Source: Candidatus Aquitaenariimonas noxiae (GTDB lineage: Bacteria > Omnitrophota > Gorgyraeia > Aquitaenariimonadales > Aquitaenariimonadaceae). From it: a stretch of DNA of 64,000 nt. Position numbers and translations under genes: made by a program. Below the pieces are notes generated by a model. The model was not told where the DNA came from. It made no database searches and was given only the letters and a program-made list of their open reading frames with translations. The stretch covers positions 25,150-89,149 of the forward strand of contig PEWV01000025.1 of assembly GCA_002780005.1 (NCBI GenBank). The letters are read 5' to 3'. Positions 34,851 through 45,053 of the stretch are shown here, one piece after another (the stretch's first letter is position 1; every line of letters begins with the position of its first letter).

Positions 34851-36560
34851 TTATGAGGAACTACTATTTCTGATATCTTGAAGGGTAAGTTGAATGGAAC
34901 TCATGCCTCTCCAATTATTCATCTCAGGCGAATAGACTATATCTACCCTGCCGGAGTTTATTTTGTGAAGGCAACTACCTGCCATCCTGAAGCCAACAGC
35001 CTCGCAGGTAAGTTTATTATCTGTGACCCAAATTTTGAAATGGTCTTTTCCCATGCGCGTAGGAGACCTCTTCAGACCAAGATTGCGCGAGCTTAAAATA
35101 GGCTTAGGATTCCATGGCCCAAACGGAGAAAGGCCTTCTATCTCGCAGATCAGCTTACTGGAAATGATGTTCAAAGGCACTTCCATATCAATTTCTATCC
35201 TTGGCTTAACAACTTCTGCGGAGAGCAATTTGCCGGCGACTTCGTTTAGTTTGCGTTTAAAAGGTCCTATTTCTTTCTTTTCTATTGTCAGGCCGCAAGC
35301 GCCTTCATGGCCGCCAAAATTAACCAAATATTCTTTGCACTCGCCTACTGCCTCAACTAAATTAAAATGGGCAATACTTCTGCCCGAGCCTCTGCCCATA
35401 CCTTTAGACACAGCTATTAAAACAGTTGGCTTATAGAACTTCTCGCTGATTCTGGATGCAACGATCCCTATGACGCCCTTGTGCCAATCGTCGCTTGATA
35501 AGACTATGACATCCTCGCCTACCAGGTCTATTTCGCTTTCTACCTTACTTAACGCTTCCTGCAACATCTTACTTTCCAAGTTTTGGCGGCGGCGGTTCTC
35601 CTTATCCAAAATCTGAGCAAGCTCTTTGGCTTCATTGGCATCTTTAGTAAGAAGAAGCTTTACCGACATCTCGGGAGAGCCTAACCTGCCTGACGCGTTG
35701 ATCCGCGGTCCAAGAATATAGCCGATATGCCCGCTTAAGATCTGCTTTCCGGATAACCCGGATACATCCATAAGCGCCTTCAGGCCTGCCTTATCTGTCT
35801 TGTTCAATTCGACCAAGCCATAACGGGTCAATATTCTATTTTCGCCTATTTGCGGCACGACATCGGCGACATTACCAAGCGCCACAAAATCAAGATATTC
35901 AGCCATTCGTATGGGCTTATCTTCAACTAAACATTCTGCCAACTTATACGCCAAGCCGACACCTGCTAAATGTTTAAAAGGATACGCGCAATCAGACTGC
36001 AGAGGGTTTATTATTGCCAATGCCTTCGGTAATTTGCCGACGATCTCATGGTGATCTGTAATTATAATATCTATGCCTAGCTTATTCGCATACTTAACTT
36101 CCTCATTAGCCCCGACACCACAATCCACAGTTATTATGAGAGAGACCTTTTTCTTTTTAGCTGCCATCACGGCCGGTTTATTTACGCCATACCCTTCTTC
36201 CAGCCTGTTGGGAATATGATACGAAACATCTAATCCCAATTTTGCGAATACAGAGACAAGCAATGCCACGCTGCATATGCCGTCTACGTCATAATCGCCG
36301 TATATCATTACTCTTTCTTTTTGTGCTATCGCTTGTTTTATGCGGAAAACCGCTTTATCCATATCCTTTAAGAGGCGCGGATTATGCAGGGAGGAAAGGC
36401 TGCACCCTAAAAACATGCGGGCGTCGGTCAGGCTGGTTACATTTCTATTTATAAGTATCTGGGCTGTTACAGGGGAGATCCCGAATTCTTTCGTGAAAAG
36501 ATCTCTAAGGTTTTTATCCTCTTCACTCTCTCTTCTTAATATCCATAGCTTCTCGTTCAT
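34851..36560 (-). CDS. recJ: Single-stranded-DNA-specific exonuclease RecJ
   Basis: YGDYDVDG, ITVDCG, ITDHH, GPRINASGRL, GGH motifs. Confidence 0.96.
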   Translation of the reverse strand: MNEKLWILRRESEEDKNLRDLFTKEFGISPVTAQILINRNVTSLTDARMFLGCSLSSLHNPRLLKDMDKAVFRIKQAIAQKERVMIYGDYDVDGICSVALLVSVFAKLGLDVSYHIPNRLEEGYGVNKPAVMAAKKKKVSLIITVDCGVGANEEVKYANKLGIDIIITDHHEIVGKLPKALAIINPLQSDCAYPFKHLAGVGLAYKLAECLVEDKPIRMAEYLDFVALGNVADVVPQIGENRILTRYGLVELNKTDKAGLKALMDVSGLSGKQILSGHIGYILGPRINASGRLGSPEMSVKLLLTKDANEAKELAQILDKENRRRQNLESKMLQEALSKVESEIDLVGEDVIVLSSDDWHKGVIGIVASRISEKFYKPTVLIAVSKGMGRGSGRSIAHFNLVEAVGECKEYLVNFGGHEGACGLTIEKKEIGPFKRKLNEVAGKLLSAEVVKPRIEIDMEVPLNIISSKLICEIEGLSPFGPWNPKPILSSRNLGLKRSPTRMGKDHFKIWVTDNKLTCEAVGFRMAGSCLHKINSGRVDIVYSPEMNNWRGMSSIQLTLQDIRNSSSS

Positions 36561-36597
36561 TTTCCTCTTGCGTCCCCGGGCGCATATTAATAAAACT

Positions 36598-36873
36598 TTA
36601 CGCGGAGGCCTTTTTCAAAGTCGCGATAGAGTTCTTCTCTATCTCTATTTTTACTGCGCCATCTATCTTCAAAGTAACGGTGTTATCTTTTACATTCATA
36701 ATTACGCCATGAATACCGCCGCCGGTTATGACTTCGTCGTTTTTCTTCAATAATTTTAGCATTTTCTCGTGTTCAACCTGTCTTTTTTGCTGTGGTCTTA
36801 TAAGCAAAAAATAAAATATAACGAATATTAACGCTATCGGCACTAGGTTTAACAAACTTGCGTTCTGCTGCAT
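36598..36873 (-). CDS. yajC: Preprotein translocase subunit YajC
   Basis: IFYFLLIRPQQKR, L.KNDEVITGGGIHG; lies downstream of tgt. Confidence 0.95.
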   Translation of the reverse strand: MQQNASLLNLVPIALIFVIFYFLLIRPQQKRQVEHEKMLKLLKKNDEVITGGGIHGVIMNVKDNTVTLKIDGAVKIEIEKNSIATLKKASA

Positions 36874-36895
36874 TTCTTTCCTCCTTTTAGATGAT

Positions 36896-38050
<1,155 letters not shown>

Positions 38051-38052
38051 TT

Positions 38053-38107
38053 AGTGGTCAAGTGATTAGTGATCGAGGGCACTTGACCACTCGGCCACTT
38101 GGCCACC
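38053..38107. repeat. Intergenic short tandem repeats with a 12-bp inverted repeat (queA-tgt)
   Basis: AGTGGTCAAGTG (38053-38064) pairs with CACTTGACCACT (38080-38091); units cacttgac/cactcggc/cacttggc. Confidence 0.7.
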
Positions 38108-38113
38108 TTGCAC

Positions 38114-39136
38114 TTACAATATCAACATCGCATCTCCATAACTGTAAAATCTATACTTTTCCTCTATCGCATGATTATAAGCTTCAAATAGAAAATCCCT
38201 GCCCGTAAACGCAGAAACTAATAATAAAAGCGTTGACTTAGGCAGGTGAAAATTAGTTATCAGACAGTCGACAACATTAAATTTATAGCCCGGATATATG
38301 AATAGATCCGTATATCCATTTATATCACGGTCTATATCGTCAGTGTCAAGACTGCCAAAACAGTGTTCCAGCGTTCTTACGGAAGTTGTACCTACGGCGA
38401 ATACCTTTCCGCCTTCTTCTTTTACCTCTTTGACGGATCTTATAGTTTCTTTCGGCATATTAAAATATTCATTATGCATCCTATGGTCTTCAACTTCCTC
38501 GCCCTTCACGGGCGCAAACGTCCCATAGCTTGTATGAAGTGTGACATAACTGATCTTGACACCTTTATTCCGTATTTTTTCGAGTAATTCGTCGGTAAAA
38601 TGAAGGCCTGCCGTCGGGCTTGCTGTCGCTCCGGAATTCTTTGCGTATATTGTTTGATAATCCTCTTTATCCGACTTTTCATCTTCTCTTTTAATATACG
38701 GTGGAAGCGGCGTGTGCCCATATGAATCCAGTATCTCATCTATTGAACGGCTGAATTTGACGAAAGTGCCGATTTCGCCCCGCTCCAAGATCTCGGCTTC
38801 ATCGCCGGACTCTAAAACCACCTTTTCGCCTTTTTTTAATCTATTTCCCGGCCTTAGCAGGGCTTCAGATATGGGATCCATTTTCTCTAATAGAAATATC
38901 TCTACCCGGCCGCCTGTCATCCTCTTTCCAAAAAGCCTTGCGGGCATAACCTTTGTATCGTTTAAGATAAGGGCGTCCCCTTTTTGCATGTATTCTGTTA
39001 TATCGCTAAAAACCTTATCATAGATTTTGCGCGCTTTCCTATCCAATACCATAAGCCTTGCATGCTCCCTGTTTTTGGCAGGGTGCTGCGCAACCAGTTC
39101 GCCTGGTAACTTATAATCAAAATCTTTCAATTTCAT
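38114..39136 (-). CDS. queA: S-adenosylmethionine:tRNA ribosyltransferase-isomerase
   Basis: DFDYKLP, NDTKVMPARL, PLPPYI, YQT.YA, PTAGLHF, TNFHLPKS, YRFYSYGDAM. Confidence 0.97.
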   Translation of the reverse strand: MKLKDFDYKLPGELVAQHPAKNREHARLMVLDRKARKIYDKVFSDITEYMQKGDALILNDTKVMPARLFGKRMTGGRVEIFLLEKMDPISEALLRPGNRLKKGEKVVLESGDEAEILERGEIGTFVKFSRSIDEILDSYGHTPLPPYIKREDEKSDKEDYQTIYAKNSGATASPTAGLHFTDELLEKIRNKGVKISYVTLHTSYGTFAPVKGEEVEDHRMHNEYFNMPKETIRSVKEVKEEGGKVFAVGTTSVRTLEHCFGSLDTDDIDRDINGYTDLFIYPGYKFNVVDCLITNFHLPKSTLLLLVSAFTGRDFLFEAYNHAIEEKYRFYSYGDAMLIL

Positions 39137-39168
39137 ATCGGATTAATGATGTCCAAGAATAATCTTTG

Positions 39169-39399
39169 TCACTTGCGGTTTATTAAGAAGAGTATAAGCG
39201 TAAAAATAATGCTTACAATGATCGAGGTGGCAAGCGGAAAATAAAAAGTAAAATTCTTCTTCTGAACATATATATCACCCGGCAATTTGCCGACCCATGG
39301 GATTTTCACTCCCAATACAAATATTATGCCGATAACTACCAAAATCATCCCGAATAAAATAAATGTCCTTCCGAGCATGCCCATTCTTAGACCTTGCAC
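39169..39399 (-). CDS. DUF2905-family small membrane protein
   Basis: GKLPGDI...FYFPLATSI motif with two TM helices. The start may be the downstream Met. Confidence 0.85.
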   Translation of the reverse strand: MQGLRMGMLGRTFILFGMILVVIGIIFVLGVKIPWVGKLPGDIYVQKKNFTFYFPLATSIIVSIIFTLILFLINRK

Positions 39400-39935
39400 C
39401 TCTCCTTATTCTCGTATCGCTCCTTCTCGGAATAAATGCATCCGCAGTATTTCTGGCTATAAAGTTCTTCTTTTTTTAAAGTATCTAAAGATTCATTGAA
39501 CCCTATTCTGAAATCTTCGTAATAAAAAGGCAATCCGACTTCCTTGGAGATATCCTCCCCGATCGTCTTTACGACGAAGTGTTCCTGGTAAGGGCTTATC
39601 AGAAGCGTCGTGGTGAACGAATCGTACCCGTTATCCTTTGCAAATACGGCGGCTTTATGAAGGCGTATGCGCCAACATATCGGGCATCTCTCACCCTTAT
39701 TCTCTTTGTAATTTATCTCGTGGAAGAATTCCTGGGGATGGTACTCGGCGAATATTATTTCTTTGTCATATTTTAACGCGTATCTTTCCAGCGCTTGCCT
39801 GCGGCTCTTGAATTCCGTATATGAATGTATATTCGGGTTGAAAAAGAACCCTGTAACCCTATCGAATTTCTTTTCCAAAGTCTTGATGGTGTATATCGCG
39901 CATCCCGCGCAGCAGGTATGAAGTAAGATCTTCAA
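39387..39935 (-). CDS. queH: Epoxyqueuosine reductase QueH
   Basis: LLHTCCAGC, FNPNIH, RCPIC, FTTTLLISPYQ, Y.QKYCGCIYS; near queA/tgt. Confidence 0.9.
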   Translation of the reverse strand: MKILLHTCCAGCAIYTIKTLEKKFDRVTGFFFNPNIHSYTEFKSRRQALERYALKYDKEIIFAEYHPQEFFHEINYKENKGERCPICWRIRLHKAAVFAKDNGYDSFTTTLLISPYQEHFVVKTIGEDISKEVGLPFYYEDFRIGFNESLDTLKKEELYSQKYCGCIYSEKERYENKERCKV

Positions 39936-39963
39936 TGTCTTTTTCCTATGCTTCGGCTCATCT

Positions 39964-39998
39964 CACTTGACCACTAACCACTCGACCACTCGACCACT
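39964..39998. repeat. Intergenic 7-8 bp tandem repeats (ruvB-queH), same family as 38053-38107
   Basis: cacttgac cactaac cactcgac cactcgac cact; contains the identical 12-mer CACTTGACCACT. Confidence 0.7.
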
Positions 39999-40002
39999 TC
40001 TT

Positions 40003-41037
40003 TTAAAACATCTCTTTTTGCGCTTTTTCTTTCGCCGCAAGCCCTAAATGTTTATAAGCCTCTTTCGTGGCTTCTCTGCCGCGAGGCGTACGCTTTAAGA
40101 AACCTATTTTAAGTAAAAAAGGTTCGACTATATCTATGATCGTATCTTTTTCTTCGTTTAGGCTAGCTGCCAACGATTCTATCCCTACAGGGCCGCCTCC
40201 GTACGCAGAGATAATAACATCTAATACTTTTCGATCTATATTATCAAGCCCCATATTGTCTATGCCATGGGCGCTCAATGCCTCGTTTACCAACTCCCAG
40301 GTCACTTTTCCGTCGGTCTTCACCTCGGCCCAGTCGCGGACCCTTCGCAGTAACCTATTAGCTATACGCGGCGTCCCTCTTGATCTCTTTGCAACTTCCA
40401 ACGCGGCTTTGCTGTTAATCTGGATATTTAAAAGTTTCGCCGATCTTTCCAGGATTTGTACCAAGTCTTCTGGCTGATAAAAATCTAGGTGATAAAACAT
40501 GCCGAACCTGCCCCGCAGCGGCGCCGTAAGGAGGCCGGCCCTCGTCGTAGCGCCTACAAGGGTGAAGCGTTTAAGATTGAATTTTATAGTCTTGGCGTAC
40601 GGGCCTTTATCTATCACAAAATCTATATTAAAACTCTCCATGGCCGGATATAAAAATTCCTCGACAGTCGCGGCAAGCCTATGTATCTCGTCTATAAATA
40701 AAATATCGCCTTCGTCCAAATTGGTGAGTATCCCTATTAGGTCGCCGGCACGCTCTATAGCCGGGCCGCTTGTCGCTGTAATTTTTGTGCCCATCTCATG
40801 CGCTATTATGTGAGCGAGCGTTGTTTTGCCCAATCCGGGAGGTCCGGAAAAGAGAACATGCTCTAACGGCTCATTCCTTTTTTTGGCCGCTTTTAGAGCC
40901 ACTATTACATTTTCTATTATATCTTTTTGGCCGACGAAATCTTTTAGAGACGCTGGCCTTAGGGAGAGGTTCAATACCGCATCTTCTTCTGTCTCGGTGC
41001 TACCGAGTATTTTTTTTCTGACTTCCTCTTCTGCCAT
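40003..41037 (-). CDS. ruvB: Holliday junction branch migration helicase RuvB
   Basis: GPPGLGKTT, FIDEIHRL, GATTRAG, RGTPRIANRLL. Confidence 0.98.
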   Translation of the reverse strand: MAEEEVRKKILGSTETEEDAVLNLSLRPASLKDFVGQKDIIENVIVALKAAKKRNEPLEHVLFSGPPGLGKTTLAHIIAHEMGTKITATSGPAIERAGDLIGILTNLDEGDILFIDEIHRLAATVEEFLYPAMESFNIDFVIDKGPYAKTIKFNLKRFTLVGATTRAGLLTAPLRGRFGMFYHLDFYQPEDLVQILERSAKLLNIQINSKAALEVAKRSRGTPRIANRLLRRVRDWAEVKTDGKVTWELVNEALSAHGIDNMGLDNIDRKVLDVIISAYGGGPVGIESLAASLNEEKDTIIDIVEPFLLKIGFLKRTPRGREATKEAYKHLGLAAKEKAQKEMF

Positions 41038-41039
41038 AG

Positions 41040-41666
41040 CTAAATAAGTTTTCTTTGTTTATAAATCTCGTTTAATAATTCTTCTGATGTTTTTATATCG
41101 GGATTCCTAGAAATAGCCTTTGATACCATCTCTTTGGCTTCGTTTCTTTTGTATTGAAGCTGCAACAGAACATCAAGCGCCTCATTTTGAATATCATCTT
41201 TGGGCTTTGGTAGTTCGGATATATGCCCATCTTGCATCAGGCCGAATTTTCCGACCTTGCCCTGCAATTTGGCAACGATTTCTCTTGCTTTTCGCTCGCC
41301 TACTCCAGGCAGGCTCTTCAGCAAAGATAAATTATTTTCGTCTATTGCCTTCGCGATAACGGATATTGGGAGCGCGAGCGCCCTTATAGCTGCCTTCGGG
41401 CCTACACCTGATACGGTGATGAATTTTTCAAAAAACTCTTTTTCAACCTCATTGAGAAAACCCACCAAAAACGGAACACCTCTTGACGGGTCCATCTGAA
41501 GATAATGGTATGTCACAAGCTCTATTTTCCCGTCGGCACCAATACTCCCATCTAAGACCTTCATTATCACGTCGGGGATAAAGACTTCGTATGATATGCC
41601 GCTTACATTTATAATAACGGAGTTTTCTCTTTTTTCCCGTAAGGTGCCTGAGATTCTCGAGATCAT
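41040..41666 (-). CDS. ruvA: Holliday junction branch migration protein RuvA
   Basis: VSGVGPKAA, PGVGERKA HhH motifs; located between ruvC and ruvB. Confidence 0.95.
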   Translation of the reverse strand: MISRISGTLREKRENSVIINVSGISYEVFIPDVIMKVLDGSIGADGKIELVTYHYLQMDPSRGVPFLVGFLNEVEKEFFEKFITVSGVGPKAAIRALALPISVIAKAIDENNLSLLKSLPGVGERKAREIVAKLQGKVGKFGLMQDGHISELPKPKDDIQNEALDVLLQLQYKRNEAKEMVSKAISRNPDIKTSEELLNEIYKQRKLI

Positions 41667-42142
41667 ATTTTCTTTTCCATGTACACGTGCGCTATGGCAA
41701 GCGCCAAAGCATCCGAGACGTCGGTATATTTGATAGGGGTATTAAGCTTTAAAAGGTCTTGAACTATTCTTTGAATCTGGTATTTTGATGCATTTCCGTT
41801 GCCGGCAATCGCCTTTCTCACTCTTTTAGGCGGATAGCTCACGACCGGTATATTGCATTCTCCTGCGGTAAGGCAAATCACCCCTCTTGCGTGACCCATC
41901 AAAATAGCGGTAACAGGGTGTTTATAATGGGAATAAAGTTTTTCTAATATTAATACTTTAGGCTTGTGTTCTTTTACAATCTCTGCCAGCGCTCTTCGAA
42001 TCTTTTCAAGCCTTATCTCTATTTTATCTTTGTGCGAAGTCTTTAATACCCCGGCTTCTATTAATTTGAATGACCTACCCTTATTTTCTACTAGACCATA
42101 GCCGGTGACCTGTAAACCAGGATCAACACCTAATATGGACAT
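41663..42142 (-). CDS. ruvC: Holliday junction resolvase RuvC
   Basis: ILGVDPG..TGYG, GHARGV, GNGNASK, DVSDALA. Confidence 0.96.
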   Translation of the reverse strand: MSILGVDPGLQVTGYGLVENKGRSFKLIEAGVLKTSHKDKIEIRLEKIRRALAEIVKEHKPKVLILEKLYSHYKHPVTAILMGHARGVICLTAGECNIPVVSYPPKRVRKAIAGNGNASKYQIQRIVQDLLKLNTPIKYTDVSDALALAIAHVYMEKKI

Positions 42143-42888
42143 TACTTCTCCTCTGGCAATAAATCGTCGGGTATATCAAAGTTAGCATATACATTTTGTA
42201 TATCATCGTGCTCTTCGAGCGTTTCTATCAGAGTTAAAACTTGTTCGGCGGCGCCTTTGTCTGTTATCCTGATATTGCTCTTGGGAAGTTTTGTTATTTC
42301 GGACGTATCGATTTTTATACCTTTCTGCTCCAAAGTGCTTTTTACTTTCTCAAAATCCTGAGGCTGTGTTTTTATAGCGAACCCATCGCCCTCGTCGATA
42401 AGATCCTCCGCCCCGGCTTCAAGCGCTATTCCCATTAACTTATCTTCGTCAATCGTTCCTTTTTTAATTAAAAAATACCCTTTCTTTTCGAACATCCAGC
42501 TCACAGAACCGCTTCCGGCCATATTTCCGCCTCTTTTCGCAAAAATATTTCTGATCTCGCTGCCGGTCCTGTTCTTATTATCGGTTAAAACATCGATTAT
42601 AATCGCCACGCCATTAGGGCCATAGCCTTCATATGTAATTTCTTCATAAACAACACCCGGAAGCTCTCCGGTACCCTTCTTTATGGCCCGATCTATGTTG
42701 TCCTGAGGCATGTTTGATTCTTTCGCCCGCTGAATAGCTACGCGCAATCGCGGGTTCGCTTCCGGCTTGCCGCCGTCCCGGGCAGCAACCGTGATTTCTT
42801 TTATAAGCTTTGTGAAAAGCTGGCCTCGCTTCGCGTCTGCCAAGCCTTTTGAGTGTTTAATACTAGCCCATTTGGAATGTCCTGACAT
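42142..42888 (-). CDS. yebC: YebC/PmpR-family protein
   Basis: MSGHSKWASIKH, YEGYGP.GVA, TDNKNRT, DDIQNVYAN. Confidence 0.96.
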   Translation of the reverse strand: MSGHSKWASIKHSKGLADAKRGQLFTKLIKEITVAARDGGKPEANPRLRVAIQRAKESNMPQDNIDRAIKKGTGELPGVVYEEITYEGYGPNGVAIIIDVLTDNKNRTGSEIRNIFAKRGGNMAGSGSVSWMFEKKGYFLIKKGTIDEDKLMGIALEAGAEDLIDEGDGFAIKTQPQDFEKVKSTLEQKGIKIDTSEITKLPKSNIRITDKGAAEQVLTLIETLEEHDDIQNVYANFDIPDDLLPEEK

Positions 42889-42986
42889 TTATGCTCTCCT
42901 TTTTTAACTTTTACTTAAATTCTCGCGTCCTGGATCTTAATATCATTTGAACCAAAACGGTAGGAATTCTACAATGTTCTTGCCAT

Positions 42987-43015
42987 ATTATACTAAAAAA
43001 AAATAGTGTTGTAAA
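42987..43015 (-). promoter_or_regulatory. Sigma70-type promoter for the yebC-ruvCAB-que run
   Basis: Minus strand TTTACA-N17-TATAAT in the AT-rich intergenic region. Confidence 0.65.
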
Positions 43016-43065
43016 GAGAATATATAACCCTTTATTTTACAAGAACATATATAAATCAAAATTTG

Positions 43066-44394
43066 CTAACCGCGAAGTTCTTTAATCAGATCTCTAGCCT
43101 CTTCAAGATCAGGCTTAAGATCCAGCGCCTTATTCAATAACTCTATGGCTTTGGCCTTATCCTTTTTTTCTTTATATAACAGCGCGAGCTGGAAGTATAT
43201 AACCGGCAAGTCCGATTGTTTGCTGAGTATGAATTGAAATTCTTCTATGGCTTTATCGATATGGCCCATTTCCTTATATGAAAAGGCTAAACTTATACGC
43301 GCATGCAGGTAATCCGGATTTATCTCTGAAGCCTTTGCAAACTCCGCTATTGCTTCTTCTTGCATATGTAAATTGTCATATACCTGCCCAAGCTTGTGAT
43401 GAAAATCTGCATATGTCGGATGTTCGTCTAAGATGCTTTTGTATATTCGTATTAAAGTATTATATAGCCCTATATCCTTTGCCTCCGATTCTAGCGGAGT
43501 CAATATAGAAGTAAAAGTGGCATTTATCATAATCGCTTTCGAGAATTCTTCTCTAGCTATTTCAAGCAATATACGCCTGCTATTCTCTTTAGACTCCAAT
43601 TCCTTCGATTCGGTTTTCAAGCCTAAGCTTGTTGCATTTTCAAATTCTGCAAGCGCTGCGGTAGGATCGCCAAGAATATTATAAGTCAAGGCAAGGCAAT
43701 AATGAGAGAATACGTCGTGGGGCACTACTCTCGTCAGCCGCTGCAACAGGCCTTTTGCTTCATCATACTTCTCAATAATTATATAAGCCAAGCCTAATTT
43801 GCGCAATGCCTCGACGTAGACAGGGTTTATATCTATAGATTTATTAAACTCATCTATGCCGGCCTTATAATCATTTATATTGCAGTATACTAATCCTAAA
43901 ATATGGTGCAGATCCGCGTGTTTCGGCTTAAAGACTATTGCTCCTTGTAGCCTCTTAACAGCATTATGGTGGTCTCCCTTGTTGTAATAGGCAAGGGCTA
44001 TTCTCACGTTTAGGGTGATGTCGTCTTTTTTCTCTGTCAGCACCTTTTCAAATTCGGCAATGGCCTGATCGTAAAGCCCGATGTTATTGTAGCATATCCC
44101 GAGATAGTTGGAGAGCATGATAGATTGAGGTAGGATCTTAAGCGATTTTTCGAAATACCTTATTGCATCTTGAAACTTTGTTTCGTGCATAGCTATTATT
44201 CCCATGTTCCTATAGCATTGGCTTGTGTAAAATTCCGCTAATCTGGAATGGAGGCTTTCCGCGTATTGCGTATCGGCTAACATGTCCTCGAACTCTTTTA
44301 CTGCCTTCTCGTATTCGCAGTTATTGTAATAATTAATACCTTTTTGATATCGATCGTCTTTCCCGAATGTGAAAATTTTTTTAAAATCGATCAT
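43066..44394 (-). CDS. Tetratricopeptide repeat protein
   Basis: Multiple LG..Y...g.y..A...f.ka...P 34-aa units. Confidence 0.9.
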   Translation of the reverse strand: MIDFKKIFTFGKDDRYQKGINYYNNCEYEKAVKEFEDMLADTQYAESLHSRLAEFYTSQCYRNMGIIAMHETKFQDAIRYFEKSLKILPQSIMLSNYLGICYNNIGLYDQAIAEFEKVLTEKKDDITLNVRIALAYYNKGDHHNAVKRLQGAIVFKPKHADLHHILGLVYCNINDYKAGIDEFNKSIDINPVYVEALRKLGLAYIIIEKYDEAKGLLQRLTRVVPHDVFSHYCLALTYNILGDPTAALAEFENATSLGLKTESKELESKENSRRILLEIAREEFSKAIMINATFTSILTPLESEAKDIGLYNTLIRIYKSILDEHPTYADFHHKLGQVYDNLHMQEEAIAEFAKASEINPDYLHARISLAFSYKEMGHIDKAIEEFQFILSKQSDLPVIYFQLALLYKEKKDKAKAIELLNKALDLKPDLEEARDLIKELRG

Positions 44395-44410
44395 TTTCCG
44401 CCTCCTGCGT

Positions 44411-45040
44411 TTAATAAGCGCCTTTGCCGATAATTACAACAGGTATGGTTCGTATTAAAATTTTTAAATCCAGCATGAATGACCTATGCTGAATATAGTA
44501 AATATCCAATTCTATCCATTCATAAAATGAAATATTGCTCCTGCCGCTAATCTGCCAAAGGCAGGTCAGGCCGGGGATAACAGAAAGCCTCTTCATCTGA
44601 TGTAGCGTATATTCTTTCACCTCGCTCGGTAACGGCGGCCTTGGTCCAACAATCGACATGTCACCTTTTAGGACATTGAAAAATTGGGGTAATTCATCCA
44701 TGCTTGTCCGCCGTAAAATCCTGCCCACCCTTGTGATACGCGGGTCGCGTTTTATTTTAAAAATAGGCCCGTCAGTCTCGTTCAGATGCTTGAGGTCGCC
44801 CTTAAGCCTTTCTGCTTCTTTTACCATGGACCTAAATTTATATAGCATAAATTCCTTGCCATCTTTTCCGACACGCTTACTTGTAAATATAATAGGCCCT
44901 CGTGAATCAAATTTTATCATTATTGCAATTATAACAAACAATGGGAAAAGCATGATTAACGCTAAAAATGAAAGCGTCATATCTAGCGCTCTCTTGCATA
45001 TAAGATACTTTTCTAATTTGTAAGTTTTAGTATTTTTCAT
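44411..45040 (-). CDS. Priming polyprenyl-phosphate sugar phosphotransferase (bacterial sugar transferase)
   Basis: KRALD, YKFRSM, DPRITRVG, DELPQ, GDMSIVGPRP, PGLT..WQ. Confidence 0.93.
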   Translation of the reverse strand: MKNTKTYKLEKYLICKRALDMTLSFLALIMLFPLFVIIAIMIKFDSRGPIIFTSKRVGKDGKEFMLYKFRSMVKEAERLKGDLKHLNETDGPIFKIKRDPRITRVGRILRRTSMDELPQFFNVLKGDMSIVGPRPPLPSEVKEYTLHQMKRLSVIPGLTCLWQISGRSNISFYEWIELDIYYIQHRSFMLDLKILIRTIPVVIIGKGAY

Positions 45041-45053
45041 TTTATATATAATC

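Noticed and set aside
38053-39998. CRISPR array interpretation of the short repeats
   Set aside because: The units are 7-8 bp with no unique spacers, and there are no cas genes in the window.
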